A DNA stretch of 55,547 nt, counting the filler, from Piptocephalis cylindrospora (lineage: Eukaryota): assembly GCA_003614145.1 (NCBI GenBank). It is 2 parts of 2 records of this genome, joined end to end, with 100 filler letters (N's around TTAATTAATTAA, not from the genome) between each part and the next. Parts side by side here need not be neighbours in the genome. Positions count along the whole stretch, not along the records: positions 1 to 27,742 come from KZ987764.1; 1 more part is not named here. One strand, written 5' to 3'. The notes under the pieces were generated by a model, which saw only the letters and a program-made list of their open reading frames with translations, was not told the DNA's origin and made no database searches. Below, one piece after another: positions 10,359-22,840 of the stretch (positions are counted from its first letter, which is position 1; each line of letters opens with the position of its first letter). The translations under genes were made by a program, and so were the position numbers.

Positions 10359-12546
10359 ATGTCATCCTTTTTTGCTCATCCCTACTCCAACTTTGCTTGG
10401 ATCTACTTGGTTTCCCTCATTTTCTTATCCCTTCTCTTCATATCATGCAATGCCTCTCTGATAATCTATGAGGGAGATGTACCGGGCCCAGAGCTCAGTG
10501 TCCACAACATTTTCCTGGCCCATCCCTCCACCCTGAACCCACACTCCATCTTCGGGATCCTCTCCAAGCTCCCCTTTGACCAGTCCAAGCCCAAATCCTG
10601 TGTCCTTGACCCTAAGGCCTACGGAAAGATTTGGAGTGGCCGACAGACCAATTCCACCATTCTCTTTACCTCATGGACTGATGTGCGATCTCACGGGTGT
10701 GTCAGCTATACAGAGGTAAGTGAGTATGGAAGGTATGATGGCGCGCTACCGTGTATGTACAGATACGCTCACTCATATCCTTACCTATAAAGGTGGCCAC
10801 AAAGCTTGTGGATTATGGGAATGAGTTAGCGGAGTCAAATCTTGCCCCACCGATCGCCCTAATCATGCAGACAATCTTTGAGGGCAAGGAAGATGAAGAT
10901 CATTTGGATGGGGGATTCTCTGCGGAGGCCTACTACGATCTGCGTTATGGTGCAGCCCAAGATTTCACTGGTCTGCGCCTCTTTTACATGTCAAGTCTAG
11001 AGGGTCAAAGGATGCAAGATCTCTTGGGCAATCGCCCGGCCTATGTTGTTTTGACCAATGGTACGCAGATTTACTCATTTTTACTCTGCTCTCCCCCTAG
11101 CCTTGCACATCTGACACATATCTTAAATTCTCTATTGGAACACTGGGGGATAGATGCAAGTCCATGGGACGAGGTCATGTATGGAGTAGGGGCTACTGCA
11201 GGACGGGGTATTGTCCAGGCCTTTGTAAGTCTTTATTTTGTGATGGAAAGCTTCCCTCCTCCCCCCTGTCGACTTTCCCTCTCATCTCGAGCTTCACAAT
11301 AGACTGGGATCGTGTGCCTAGGAGGAATTTGGGTGCTGGTCCGAGCCAAACGCCTTGGGATCCTCAAGAGAGATACTCGAACCACAATCCATCTCTTGGC
11401 CCTTCTCTCAGCTCTGGGGCTCCTCGTGAATTCCACTTTACCCGTCACCTCCATGGTCACCATTGTCCTGGCCCCAGTAGCTCACTATCTCTCCTATATG
11501 GCCTATTGCCTTCTTTTGCTCATGTTCAGCTCAGTCCTCTCCCAGTCTGGAGGGGCTAGATCGGATAAACGGGTACGGGGCCTTATCCTCTTCACCACGT
11601 TTCTTGGACTCTTGTCCCCTTTAGTTCGGATTCTATTAACCACGATTCCAGGCTCATCCCTTTCCCTCTTCTCCAAGGTCGTCCAATTCATCATGCCTAG
11701 CCTCTGGCTTATCATAACGTCGGCCTTTACCGTGTACGGATATCGGTTTTACCGTCGGGCCCATCATCATGGTCAGTGCAACATGGCAACTCGGTCTGTT
11801 CTTCGTCGGGTAAGTCATATCGTATGGGGTGTTTCAAATCGGGGCGATGCACACAATTCACTCTTTTTCATATAAAATAATAATAGCTGACTAGAATGTG
11901 TCTGGTAGGGTCGATCACATTTGCAATAACGTCCTTTCTTGATTTCCTCTGGATTGCCATTCCAGAAGCATCGGTCAGACCCTCCCTTTATCTTACGCTG
12001 GTCCCTTTACTTGATATGACCCAGGCGGTCAGGTCAGGTACATTGCTACTTCTCCTTCGTGCTAGTTCGTCCACATCCACCACCTCCTCGTCAGGAAGGG
12101 CCAAGTCCCGGGACACTGAGATGGGTGAGGGGTGGAAAAGTACACTCAGTCAATCCTCCTGGTGGCCACATCTTTGGTCTCCCTGGACTACTGACGAATC
12201 CTGGTCCACCATGCGACCTAGTCCCATCCTTAAGGTGCAGGTTCCCGAGGGAGAGGAGGGATCGGATGGGTCTAGATCCTCTACCCTATCTCCAAGAACT
12301 CAGGATGTGCATGGGAGCAAGGGGGCTTTAAGAGCCACCATGCCCTCTTCTACCCTTGGACATTGGTCCAGACACTCGGTCTCCTCCATATCTACCTCTC
12401 TCTCGACCATTTCGTATCATCGGGTGGGCTCCATCTTCTCTGCAACTGCAACTATTGTTGTTCCTGAGGAGGAGAGCATTGAAGAGATTAGAGATGATAC
12501 TCTGAAGGATCGTGCGCAAGAAGGATATGATCACCATCGTTATTAA
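10359..12546 (+). CDS. orphan 7-TM receptor-like membrane protein with signal peptide and extracellular domain (exons 10359-10715, 10793-11060, 11154-11224, 11303-11809, 11887-12546)
   Basis: Four GT..AG introns join the ORFs in frame. Hydrophobic N-terminal signal, roughly 190-aa ectodomain, seven hydrophobic segments, basic loop after TM5, Ser/Thr-rich tail. Confidence 0.7.
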
Positions 12547-13354
12547 ATCATAGGTCACCATGGCTTTTTATCCCATTTGTTCTGTTGAAGCATCCAATAG
12601 AGCGTAAGCTTTGCATGTGATGGACTGAATAGGATATGCCAGAAAGGCCCAGAAGACGTCACACGAACCCTACCTTTCCTCGTGCTAGGAAGTGAAGTGT
12701 ATGAGAGAGAGAAAGAGGGGTCCATCCCTGTCATTTGATCTTGTCGTCATGGTCATCCTGGAATACTCTCCTACGTGTCCTGTGTATACATAATTATCCT
12801 TTCTTTTTGCATTCCCCTGAAGCAAGCACATACACGAAATCTATTTCTCCTCCCCTTCAAGGCCATACCCTCCTAGTCTGGTTCAATGTGACCTCTCAAG
12901 AGGCTATCCTGCTATGAGCAACACATAGCCTTGGACCCACACTGTCGCCCACCACACACACATCGTCTTGGCCAACCAGGGGAGCTCCTCGTCTCCCATA
13001 CTCCGTCTAGTTCCAATCCTTTCCATCCGCTCTCAAACTCACCCTCCTATTTCCACATATCACCTGGGAAGGGGACTTCTGCTCGCCTATAAGAGGGGAC
13101 GGCGCATCCCCTCACCCCGACGCCCCTCCCCTTACCATCACTCTTTCCCTCTGTCTCTTCCTATTGCGCGCCTCTTCCTTTCGTCGTGATCTTTGCCTTC
13201 CTGTCTCTTCCTCTCCTCTTCTCCCCTTCCTCCTTCACTCCTCTCACCCATCTTGACTGTCCAGGCGACCGCATCCTCCCCCCACACATCTATTCCCAGC
13301 TTGTTCTCTCTCTTTCAACTTCCTTCACTTTCCACACATCCAGCTCCAAATAAC

Positions 13355-13376
13355 CACACACACACACACACACACA
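13355..13376. repeat. (CA)n microsatellite just before ATG 13384
   Basis: About 11 CA units visible. Confidence 0.9.
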
Positions 13377-13383
13377 CCATTCA

Positions 13384-14535
13384 ATGTCCACGAACAGCCC
13401 CTCCTACCCCTCCCCTACTGACAAGCTGGTTGTCAGCTTACGCTCTCCCAACCTTCCGCAAATCCCAAGAACTTTGTCAGTTCCTGTGGGCGCGCTGATC
13501 TCGGATCTCAAGACCCTTGCCTGCCCCACCCTGGAAGCAAAGACTTTACGGGTGATTTTCCAAGGGAAACTCCTGGCTGACCATACCACCTTGCTCACAC
13601 ATCTCGTCCTCGTTGAAGAGTCTGAACGAGTTCTTCACCTTGTCCTTAAACCCAATGTAACCCTTTCTCCTACTCCGAGTCCCGCTCAGATCAACACTCC
13701 TCCCCCTCGGGAAGAAGTCGCTCCCACTCGGACAGAAACCACTCCTACCCGGGAAGAGACCAGTTTTTCTGCTCAGTCTCCCGTTCAACCTCGTACTCCA
13801 GTGTTCCCTATTGCTTCAGCTTCCATCCGATCTCGGCTCCAAGCATCTTCTCCCGCTTCCTCTTCCTCTGTCACTCCTCTAACCACATCTTCTGCACCAT
13901 CTCATCCAAGATCCGTGACTTCCTCTGGAAAGCGTGTCATGCTCAATAACATGACGATTGATGAGTTACTCGTTCAATATCCCATGTATGAGTACGTCCG
14001 AATCAATGGTAAGCCTTACCTGGCTTTGAAGGCAGAGAGCGTTCCTCCCCCTCCTCCCTCCACCGCTACCGCCCGCGGCACTCCTCCTCCTCTGGGTCCA
14101 GACGATCAGCCCCAGGTCCAGGGACGTCGACGGGGTTTTCTGGATGCCTTCTTCAACCTCGGGGATGTCCTCCAAGCTGCCATTATCTTTTTTGCCCTCT
14201 CCAGCGGGGCAAGTTGGCCCAAGCTTCTTCTCATCCACCTGGTAGCCTGTGTCATCTTCATGTACCGGACCGGTCGACTTCGGTTGGATATTCACTTTCA
14301 TCGGAGATTCATGCCCGCGCAGACTGAGATCAATGGTACCCCGTCCGATGATGATATGACCCGTCCTCCACAACCTACACCCCCGGTATGGCGACAGGCC
14401 TTGACCGGCTTCTTTACTTCTCTTCTCCCTGGTCAGGGGGATGGATTTGATCCGGCCGTTGCCGCTGCTATGGCCGCAGAAGATGCTGCCGTCGCTGCTG
14501 CTGCCGATGATGCTGCTGACAACCGTATTTTCTAA
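13384..14535 (+). CDS. ubiquitin-like-domain membrane protein, HERP/Usa1-like
   Basis: N-terminal UBL (ISDLK...LRVIFQGKLLAD...LHLVLK), S/P/T linker, hydrophobic hairpin near the C-terminus, FFTSLLP end motif as in HERP. Confidence 0.7.
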   Translation: MSTNSPSYPSPTDKLVVSLRSPNLPQIPRTLSVPVGALISDLKTLACPTLEAKTLRVIFQGKLLADHTTLLTHLVLVEESERVLHLVLKPNVTLSPTPSPAQINTPPPREEVAPTRTETTPTREETSFSAQSPVQPRTPVFPIASASIRSRLQASSPASSSSVTPLTTSSAPSHPRSVTSSGKRVMLNNMTIDELLVQYPMYEYVRINGKPYLALKAESVPPPPPSTATARGTPPPLGPDDQPQVQGRRRGFLDAFFNLGDVLQAAIIFFALSSGASWPKLLLIHLVACVIFMYRTGRLRLDIHFHRRFMPAQTEINGTPSDDDMTRPPQPTPPVWRQALTGFFTSLLPGQGDGFDPAVAAAMAAEDAAVAAAADDAADNRIF

Positions 14536-15024
14536 TTTCTCCTCGATAGTATCTCCTTCCCAAGCCGGGCATGGCGCAAGAAGAGGGATTGGATTCCTTT
14601 TTTTATATTCTGGGACAATCTTTCCCCACCCCCCTTCCCTTCACCCTTATCTGTGTGTACTGGCCATGAAGGATACGGTTTTATCGGTAGATCAGAGATA
14701 TAGGAGAGGGGTGTGTGTGTGAATGTGTGAATGTGTAGAGCGTGTTGTTGGTATTGCGTGCTCGGATGATCCAACAAGATTGTGTTTTCAATTTCCTATT
14801 AATTATTTAGTGGCAAATGTTTTTCATTCTCTTCTTCATAATAAGGCAAGGGCCAGGTTATTCAAGCGTAACGGTAGGATGAATGCCACCGCTCAACCAC
14901 CTTTTTACGGGGGAGCGCGGGCCAAGGAGGAATATGAATAGATGTCATCTCTTCCTCGCTCACGAGGGTCAAATGATCCATATGCCCTTTGAATACTGCC
15001 CCTTCGCCTCTTCTCTCCATGAAT

Positions 15025-15692
15025 TTAGTAGGTGGTGCCTTCTGGAGGCTGGACAAGCTTCCTGTTTTGCGGCTGGGCCATCTCTCTATCCATCACAGGA
15101 GCGAAAGGGATCATGGGTGAGCGGTGTCAACTTTAGGGCAATGAGCCCCTTTCTCCTTATCCATCATACCTCCTCAATTGAGACAAGACGGTCTCTAGAC
15201 TGTAAGATTGATCCCAATTGGCAAGAACGGCCAGGCGTTTAGGATTCACCTATGATCATGGATAGGAGTCAGAGAAAGGGATAGCATGACGCATGCATCT
15301 TACGAGTTATCCCTCTCCCCTCTCAAGAAAATTCAATCCAGCTTACCTCACCCTCCGTCCCAACACAAGGAAGGTTGACACGCGTGACAAAACGAATGGT
15401 AGGGGCCTCGTCGGGATAGGAGGGTCCACAGTAGATTTGAAGACTGTAGATTCGGTTCTCGTGCACCGACTGACCAGGACCAATGATCGTACCATTCCAA
15501 GTGGACATCATCATGTCATCCGCATCGGCTAGACCATACGAGCAGGCTCCATCTCCCAGGCCCTTTTCTCCCTTCTCCAGCTCCTCCAGTAAGCGGAAAT
15601 TGCGTGGAACTGTTTAGAAAGGGAAAAATATGTTAGTTATGGGGGAAATAAGGGGGGGGAAGGGAGGAAGTGGACCACCTACCTTTGGCCAT
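15025..15692 (-). CDS. MMS2: ubiquitin-conjugating enzyme variant MMS2/UEV1 (exons 15692-15683, 15609-15347, 15249-15170, 15085-15025)
   Basis: Spliced protein [20 protein letters not shown]...WNGTIIGP...[16 protein letters not shown]...[11 protein letters not shown]. Confidence 0.93.
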
Positions 15693-16064
15693 GACACAAG
15701 ATAGATGATAGTGAGAGGGTTTGGAACGAGAGAGGATAGAGTAAGAAGGAGAGAAGGGAGTGGGTTACGGAGGAACGGGAGTGGACTCCGACCTCCATGG
15801 AAGCAATGGGTGTGCGCAGTAATAAGGGACTATGTTAGTAGTCAGCAAGGGGCTTGGTGAGTGAGGAGAGTGTGTAGGAAGGACAGGACATATCTGCATT
15901 ATCCTGGCGGTAAAGCTCCATGGAGCCAATAAAGAGTTACTCGTCCAAATAGAACGTTGGTGTACAAGAGGGAACGACCGAATCGACTCGACATTGACAT
16001 ACAAGGAAATAATGAATGGTATCGCCTTTATCAATCGCTCCCACTCCATACACCTACAATAAAC

Positions 16065-17406
<1,342 letters not shown>

Positions 17407-17657
17407 GCTAACAGGATGGTGCTGAAGGCTGACTTGGAGGTGATATGTTGCTGTGGGAAGCAGAAAAGATGGGTGAGGTCAAAGGAGAAGGGTAATGTCG
17501 GAGATGCTGGAGGTCATGGAAAGATGGGGGGCATGTGCGTCATCCCTAATCAAAAGTACATTGCAGCCTTTAGAAGAACGTGGATGGGCCTGAGCGTATA
17601 TGCATTAACCTTCCCATATCCGATCGCCCTCGCGCCATCCGATATGCTTCCTTTCAA

Positions 17658-20606
17658 TTAAAGCATGTCCCCCTCATTCGCCTCTCGGTATATGAGGGAA
17701 GGGTAGTGAGATTGTAGGGTAGACCAAATGACCAACCGTCCCTCATCCCCTTCCATAGTCTCATCCTCTTCTTCTGAAGGGGAATGTTTAAGCATGATCA
17801 CCAGCCCCTTTCCATATCTCTCTTGGTAAAGAGCATATCCAAAAACCCCACGAATACCAAGAGGAACCGTTTGTTCCTGCAACGGATACAATCCCTCCCC
17901 CTTCTCTTCTTCATCCTCGTGCATAGGGTGGCCCTCCACCTCGGCGACAATTTCGGGCCATCGAATCATTTCTTCGCGGGGGGGCGTAAGAAGAAGGGGC
18001 TCCTTAGATCCCACCACCTGATCCAGCCAACGAATCGCTGATCGAGCCTGTCGGTGCACCTTCTCCGTCCCCTTCTTTAGCCTATCTAATTCATCGATCA
18101 CTACGGAGGAAAGGGTACCGATGAGGCGAGGATGCCATTTGAGCGAACTCAGCATCCCTATAATTACATACCTTCCGAGATCAATACGACTTGATACATG
18201 GATCGACGTATCCATTGTTGAAGCAAAGGTAAGCGATAGACAAAGACTGACGTATCGCACACAATCACTGGGAGGGCATGGTACCTCTTGAGGGACGACC
18301 GCTTCTTTTGAACCCAACCTTCTTGGGACCCAAGGGTTCTTAATTGACTTTCTAGATTTTGAACCTGCTCCTTGAGCCGTGCCTCGGCCATGGCCGCCAT
18401 CCTTCGTTGTTGATTCAATTCCTAAGAGGCGCGATGGGGATGAAAATTGGACGCAGGGAAAATATGAAGACATGGCCATCGCCTCTTACCTTGGTCCTTG
18501 GATCCTCGTAGAGATAACCTCCCGTCTCATGGATCTGAATTAAACCAGGCACAAGCTAGGGTAGATAAGGGGATCAAGATGAGATATTTCCCTATCCTGA
18601 CCTCTCTTCAACTCACTTAATTACGTACCTGATGATGAAAGAGATGGGCAAGAAAGCCTCCTATACGATCATGCCGTACACTACCCCAGACCCCCAAATC
18701 CCCACCTTCTTGTTCCTGTCCCTGAACCCTATTTGTAGATTGAAGGGTTCCAAGCAAGGCCCCGGGCTCAAATAGACCCTTATGCAGGGTGGCAAGGGGA
18801 GGGAAGCCAAAGAGCATCCGATCTTCAGGAAGGATAACACAGGGAACATCCTTTCCTGGGGATCCAAGGGCTCTATGAGCATCTGCTAGTGTCTTCACCG
18901 CCTTGAGCCAGAGGAGGGAAATATCATTTCCTGAATCCTGATTAGAGTATTCGTTGATATTTTGGTCCTTGACCATGAGTAGCTTCGAATACGTATCCCA
19001 AGAGCATCCCAGGAAAGTCGCTAGGGAGGAAAGAAGTGTGATGCATCCATCCACCCCTTCTCGCCCTTCCTCCTTTCCCGTAGTGTCAATCAGGGACAGA
19101 CACAGCTGGGATGTACGATGCAAAAAATGCAGTAGCAGGGAGAGGAGGAGGCTTTGAACTTGGATCATCCGGTGCTCCTCTTCAGATTCTATCAATCAAT
19201 ATGAAAAAGGATCGGGCTCACTCGGTTTAGAAATTAAAAAATAATCAACAGAGATGGGACCTTACCAAGCGTTCGTTCGTTCCAAAAGGTCAGGGAGGCT
19301 TCTAAAGTGATAATCATCTTAAAGAGTGCCGAAAAGTCGTCGGGTAGCCCTAGCTTCTGGGTGTTATCTTCCTCTGGATTGACAATACAGTTCTCCACTT
19401 GGCTCATCCAATGTTGGTATCCCGATAGTACTGCTTCTACTATCATACCTCCCTCTCTCATGTCGACGGACTGAGAGAGGTCAAGGGAAAATAAGTGGCA
19501 CTGAAGATGAGACATGTCAAGAATAACCCGATCGAGTGTCTCTTGCCGATCGGATGATCTCTCTGATGATCCCATAATGGATGCTCTGGATTGGTCCTTT
19601 TTCAGGAGCTTTTCAGTAGAAGCAATGCATTCTGGACCGATAGGGGAGGGCTGGGGCTTGGCTAGAGATAGGAAGCTCCAGTAAAGCGTTCCCGGGATAT
19701 CCTCTTTCATCCGGCTCAAGAGAGCCATACGACCATGACCCCGCCCGTTGGGTGGGCAAGAGTAGGCCGCTTGAAGGTAGACCTGCCTCACCCGCTCATC
19801 AGCCCATTCATTTTCCTCCTTTAGGTAAGGCCGGGCCTCCTGGCCGACACGATTTCTATAGCGAAGTAAATCACCTAGATGGATGAGACTACTTTGTCGG
19901 ATTAAAGCCATGCTCAGGGGAGTTATAACCCCATGATGATGATGACGACCATCAGTGTCCGTATGGCTGTCCTGTTTCTTGGATAGAGCACCCAAAAGAT
20001 GGGAGTAAAAACCAATACCCTGGATGAGGAGTCGGTCCAGATGGATTTGCGACTTCTTGTCCTTCTTTTTCTTTGACATTCGTAGAGAGCATGAAGGTGA
20101 ACACGTCAGAGAGGGAGAAGAAGGAGCACAAAAGCCCATAAACCCTCTATTTGATCTTACCTTGACCTTGGAGTAGAGCCGTTCATAAGGTCGGTGGAAC
20201 CCTGACCTCCAAAGCCGAGTATCCCATTCCCGTTCTACTGCAGCGCCTGGCGCTTCGAGAAGGAGGTATTCGTATAATCGAATTAGACTACCAATGCATC
20301 GTGGAGGAAAGGGATGATGGGGAAGGGATAGTTTAGAGTGAGGTTATGCAAAGTCAAGGTCCAGGTCACTTACTCCTCACGTATATCACCCATGGTGTCA
20401 ATTAGGGTCTTAGGGGCCTGGGCGGACAGCTGGGCCTCATACTGTCGTAATCCATCCTCCAAGACCGAAGCCCTCTTGGCCGCTTCCTCTATCTGACTAG
20501 ACATCTCTTCCGTTGATGGGATGGTGGCGGCAGTGGAGGAGGATGGTGGCGCGGGTGCTTGACCCTGCAGAGCGAGGGTACGTGATGGTAGCTGACCCCC
20601 GGACAT
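17658..20606 (-). CDS. SMG5/Est1-family NMD factor (Est1-type helical domain plus C-terminal PIN), multi-exon
   Basis: LIHLGDLLRYR...YLQAA..CP.NGRGH..MALL (Est1 domain), PEDRMLFGFPPL, then RMAAMAEARLKEQVQNLE followed by PIN VCDTS...VIDELDRLKK...ARSAIRWL. Confidence 0.8.
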
Positions 20607-21037
20607 GAACGTTCATGGCAGAGCGCACCGAGTACGAAAGGGGATATGTGTGCGTTATTGGGAAGGCCGGAGAGGGCAAAGGATGAGTAGGGGAAGAGCG
20701 AAAATTAAGGACGATGTGAAGCAATAAAGAAGGGTGTGAGAGCAGGTAGATCCCCAAGGGATTCAAGCCCTCGTTGTTTATGGAATATGTCCGCAGATCA
20801 GTACCACAGGCAGTGAATATGTGTTCCCATTTCTTTCTTATTAAGCCTTCCAAATGTCGAAAGGATGAAGAATGAAGCATTGTGGCGCATCCCCTTACCT
20901 CTATTGTATCGCTCGTCGGATAAACGCTCATTCGCCTTATGGAACTGGAACCATGGCCATCTAAATACATGTATTGGCTAGCTCTAACAACGCCCAATTT
21001 CTCACTATCTATCATCCATGGGAGGTCTGGGGCTGGA

Positions 21038-22840
21038 CTACTCAAAAGCCACCTCGATCTTCTTTAGAGTCTCGAGATGATGCTTGCGAACGCGGATGAA
21101 GAGGGCGCAGACAAAGGAGAGGGCAGCAAAGGGAATAAAGACGACAAACATGTCATGGAAGGCCTGTGCATATACGCCGAGCACCCTGCTCTTTTGCTCG
21201 GCGGTTAGGGTGTCGAGGAACTCCATGGAGCCATGGAAATTGGCGGTGACATTCATACTCTCCAGGAGGGGAGGGAGGTTGGTATTGAGGCCATTATTAT
21301 AGACGGCACCAGTGATGGCAATGCCAAAAACACCACCGACAATACGGAAGAAGGTCTGGAGGGTGGTGGCAATGGCCATGTCGGCCACGGGGGCGGTGAT
21401 CTGGGAGACGATCGTGGTAGTCTGGATCTCCAGACCACATCCGATGCCTCCGAGGAGCATCATACCAATCTCGAGGCCAGCGTTCCTTTCAACGTCGAAC
21501 ATGGTGTAGAAGCCAGTGGCAATGGTAAGGAGGGCCATACCACCAGCGATGCAGGCGCGGAAAATCCAAGGACCCAGACGCATGAGGAAGAGGCCGACGG
21601 CGGCGGCGAAGACCGAAACAATCAGGACAAAGGGAAGAAGCTCGAGGCCCGAGGACGTGGCCGAGGCACCTCGAATGATCTGGTAAAACTGGGGAAAATA
21701 GTAAACAATACCAAAGAAGACGCATCCCATGAAGAAATTACTGGTGTAGATAGCCAGCTGGGTGGGGATGCGGAAGAGACGGCCGGGGGCGACGGGCTCC
21801 ACGGCCCACTTGGCCTCGACAAAGACAAAGAGACCCAGAAGGATACCGCCCACACAGAAGAGGGAGATGATCAGAGGATGATTCCAGGGATAGGTAGAGC
21901 CGCCCCAGTTCATGGGCAGGAGGATACAAACGATGGCACACACCAGGACGATGGCCCCGGCATAGTCGATGCGTCGAAGCTTCTCCCGGATGGATCCCTT
22001 GGGCTTGGGGAGACGCAGGTAAAGGAGACAGACGAGGACGGTGATGCCGCCGACAGGAAGGTTGATATAAAAGCACCACCTCCATGAGATGTGGTCGGTA
22101 AAGACGCCGCCCAAGAGTGGACCAATGACGGAGCTAAAGGCAAAGACAGCACCAATGAAACCCTGATACTTGGCCCGAGAGTGGGAGGGAACAATGTCCG
22201 AGATGATGATGAGAGCCATGGTGATTAGACCGCCCCCACCAATGCCTGAGATGGCACGGAAGACGACGAGGAGGATAAGGGAGGTGCTGAGGGCACATCC
22301 AAGAGACCCTGCTAAGAAGATGATGAGACCAGCGAGAAGGACGGGCTGGCGACCAAAGACATCGGAGAACTTGCCGTACAGGGGCTGGAAGCTGGTGGAG
22401 GTGAGGAGGTAAGAGGTACCGATCCAGGCGACACTGTCATAGGCCTGGAACTCCGAGGCGATCTTGGGGACGGCGGGAGCCACGATGGTTTGATCTAGGG
22501 AGGCGAGGAAGACGGCGAGGGCGAGACCGACAAAAACGAGGACAAACTTGACGCGGGAAAGGGGCACAGCTGGGGCAAAGGGATTGACCAGGGTCTCCTC
22601 CTGCTTCAGGGAGGCAGGGTGAATGGAAGAGTGGATGGAGGCCTTTTCGATATCCCTCTCGGGGCGCTCATGCTGGTCCACAGCAATCTCCTTGGGTTCG
22701 GGGAGATGAAGGGTGGCCGGCTTCGAGTCGGTCAATGTGGGGGTGGTGGAATCGAGGACATTTTCGGAAGTGGTCGTCCGTGTGGGCATACCCGGGGCTT
22801 CTGAGCCCTTGTCCGTTTTAGTTTTTATCCAATTCCACAT
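21038..22840 (-). CDS. MFS drug:H+ antiporter, DHA2 (14-TMS) family, intronless
   Basis: FLASLDQTIV, PLYGKFSDVFGR, RAISGIGGGG, GPLLGG.FTD..SWRWCFYINLP motifs. Confidence 0.93.
   Translation of the reverse strand: MWNWIKTKTDKGSEAPGMPTRTTTSENVLDSTTPTLTDSKPATLHLPEPKEIAVDQHERPERDIEKASIHSSIHPASLKQEETLVNPFAPAVPLSRVKFVLVFVGLALAVFLASLDQTIVAPAVPKIASEFQAYDSVAWIGTSYLLTSTSFQPLYGKFSDVFGRQPVLLAGLIIFLAGSLGCALSTSLILLVVFRAISGIGGGGLITMALIIISDIVPSHSRAKYQGFIGAVFAFSSVIGPLLGGVFTDHISWRWCFYINLPVGGITVLVCLLYLRLPKPKGSIREKLRRIDYAGAIVLVCAIVCILLPMNWGGSTYPWNHPLIISLFCVGGILLGLFVFVEAKWAVEPVAPGRLFRIPTQLAIYTSNFFMGCVFFGIVYYFPQFYQIIRGASATSSGLELLPFVLIVSVFAAAVGLFLMRLGPWIFRACIAGGMALLTIATGFYTMFDVERNAGLEIGMMLLGGIGCGLEIQTTTIVSQITAPVADMAIATTLQTFFRIVGGVFGIAITGAVYNNGLNTNLPPLLESMNVTANFHGSMEFLDTLTAEQKSRVLGVYAQAFHDMFVVFIPFAALSFVCALFIRVRKHHLETLKKIEVAFE

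Noticed and set aside
21233..22087. 284-aa antisense ORF over the MFS gene, and similar antisense ORFs over NudE, SF3B1 and MOT1
   Set aside because: Shadow ORFs caused by codon bias on the coding strand; no recognisable domains.
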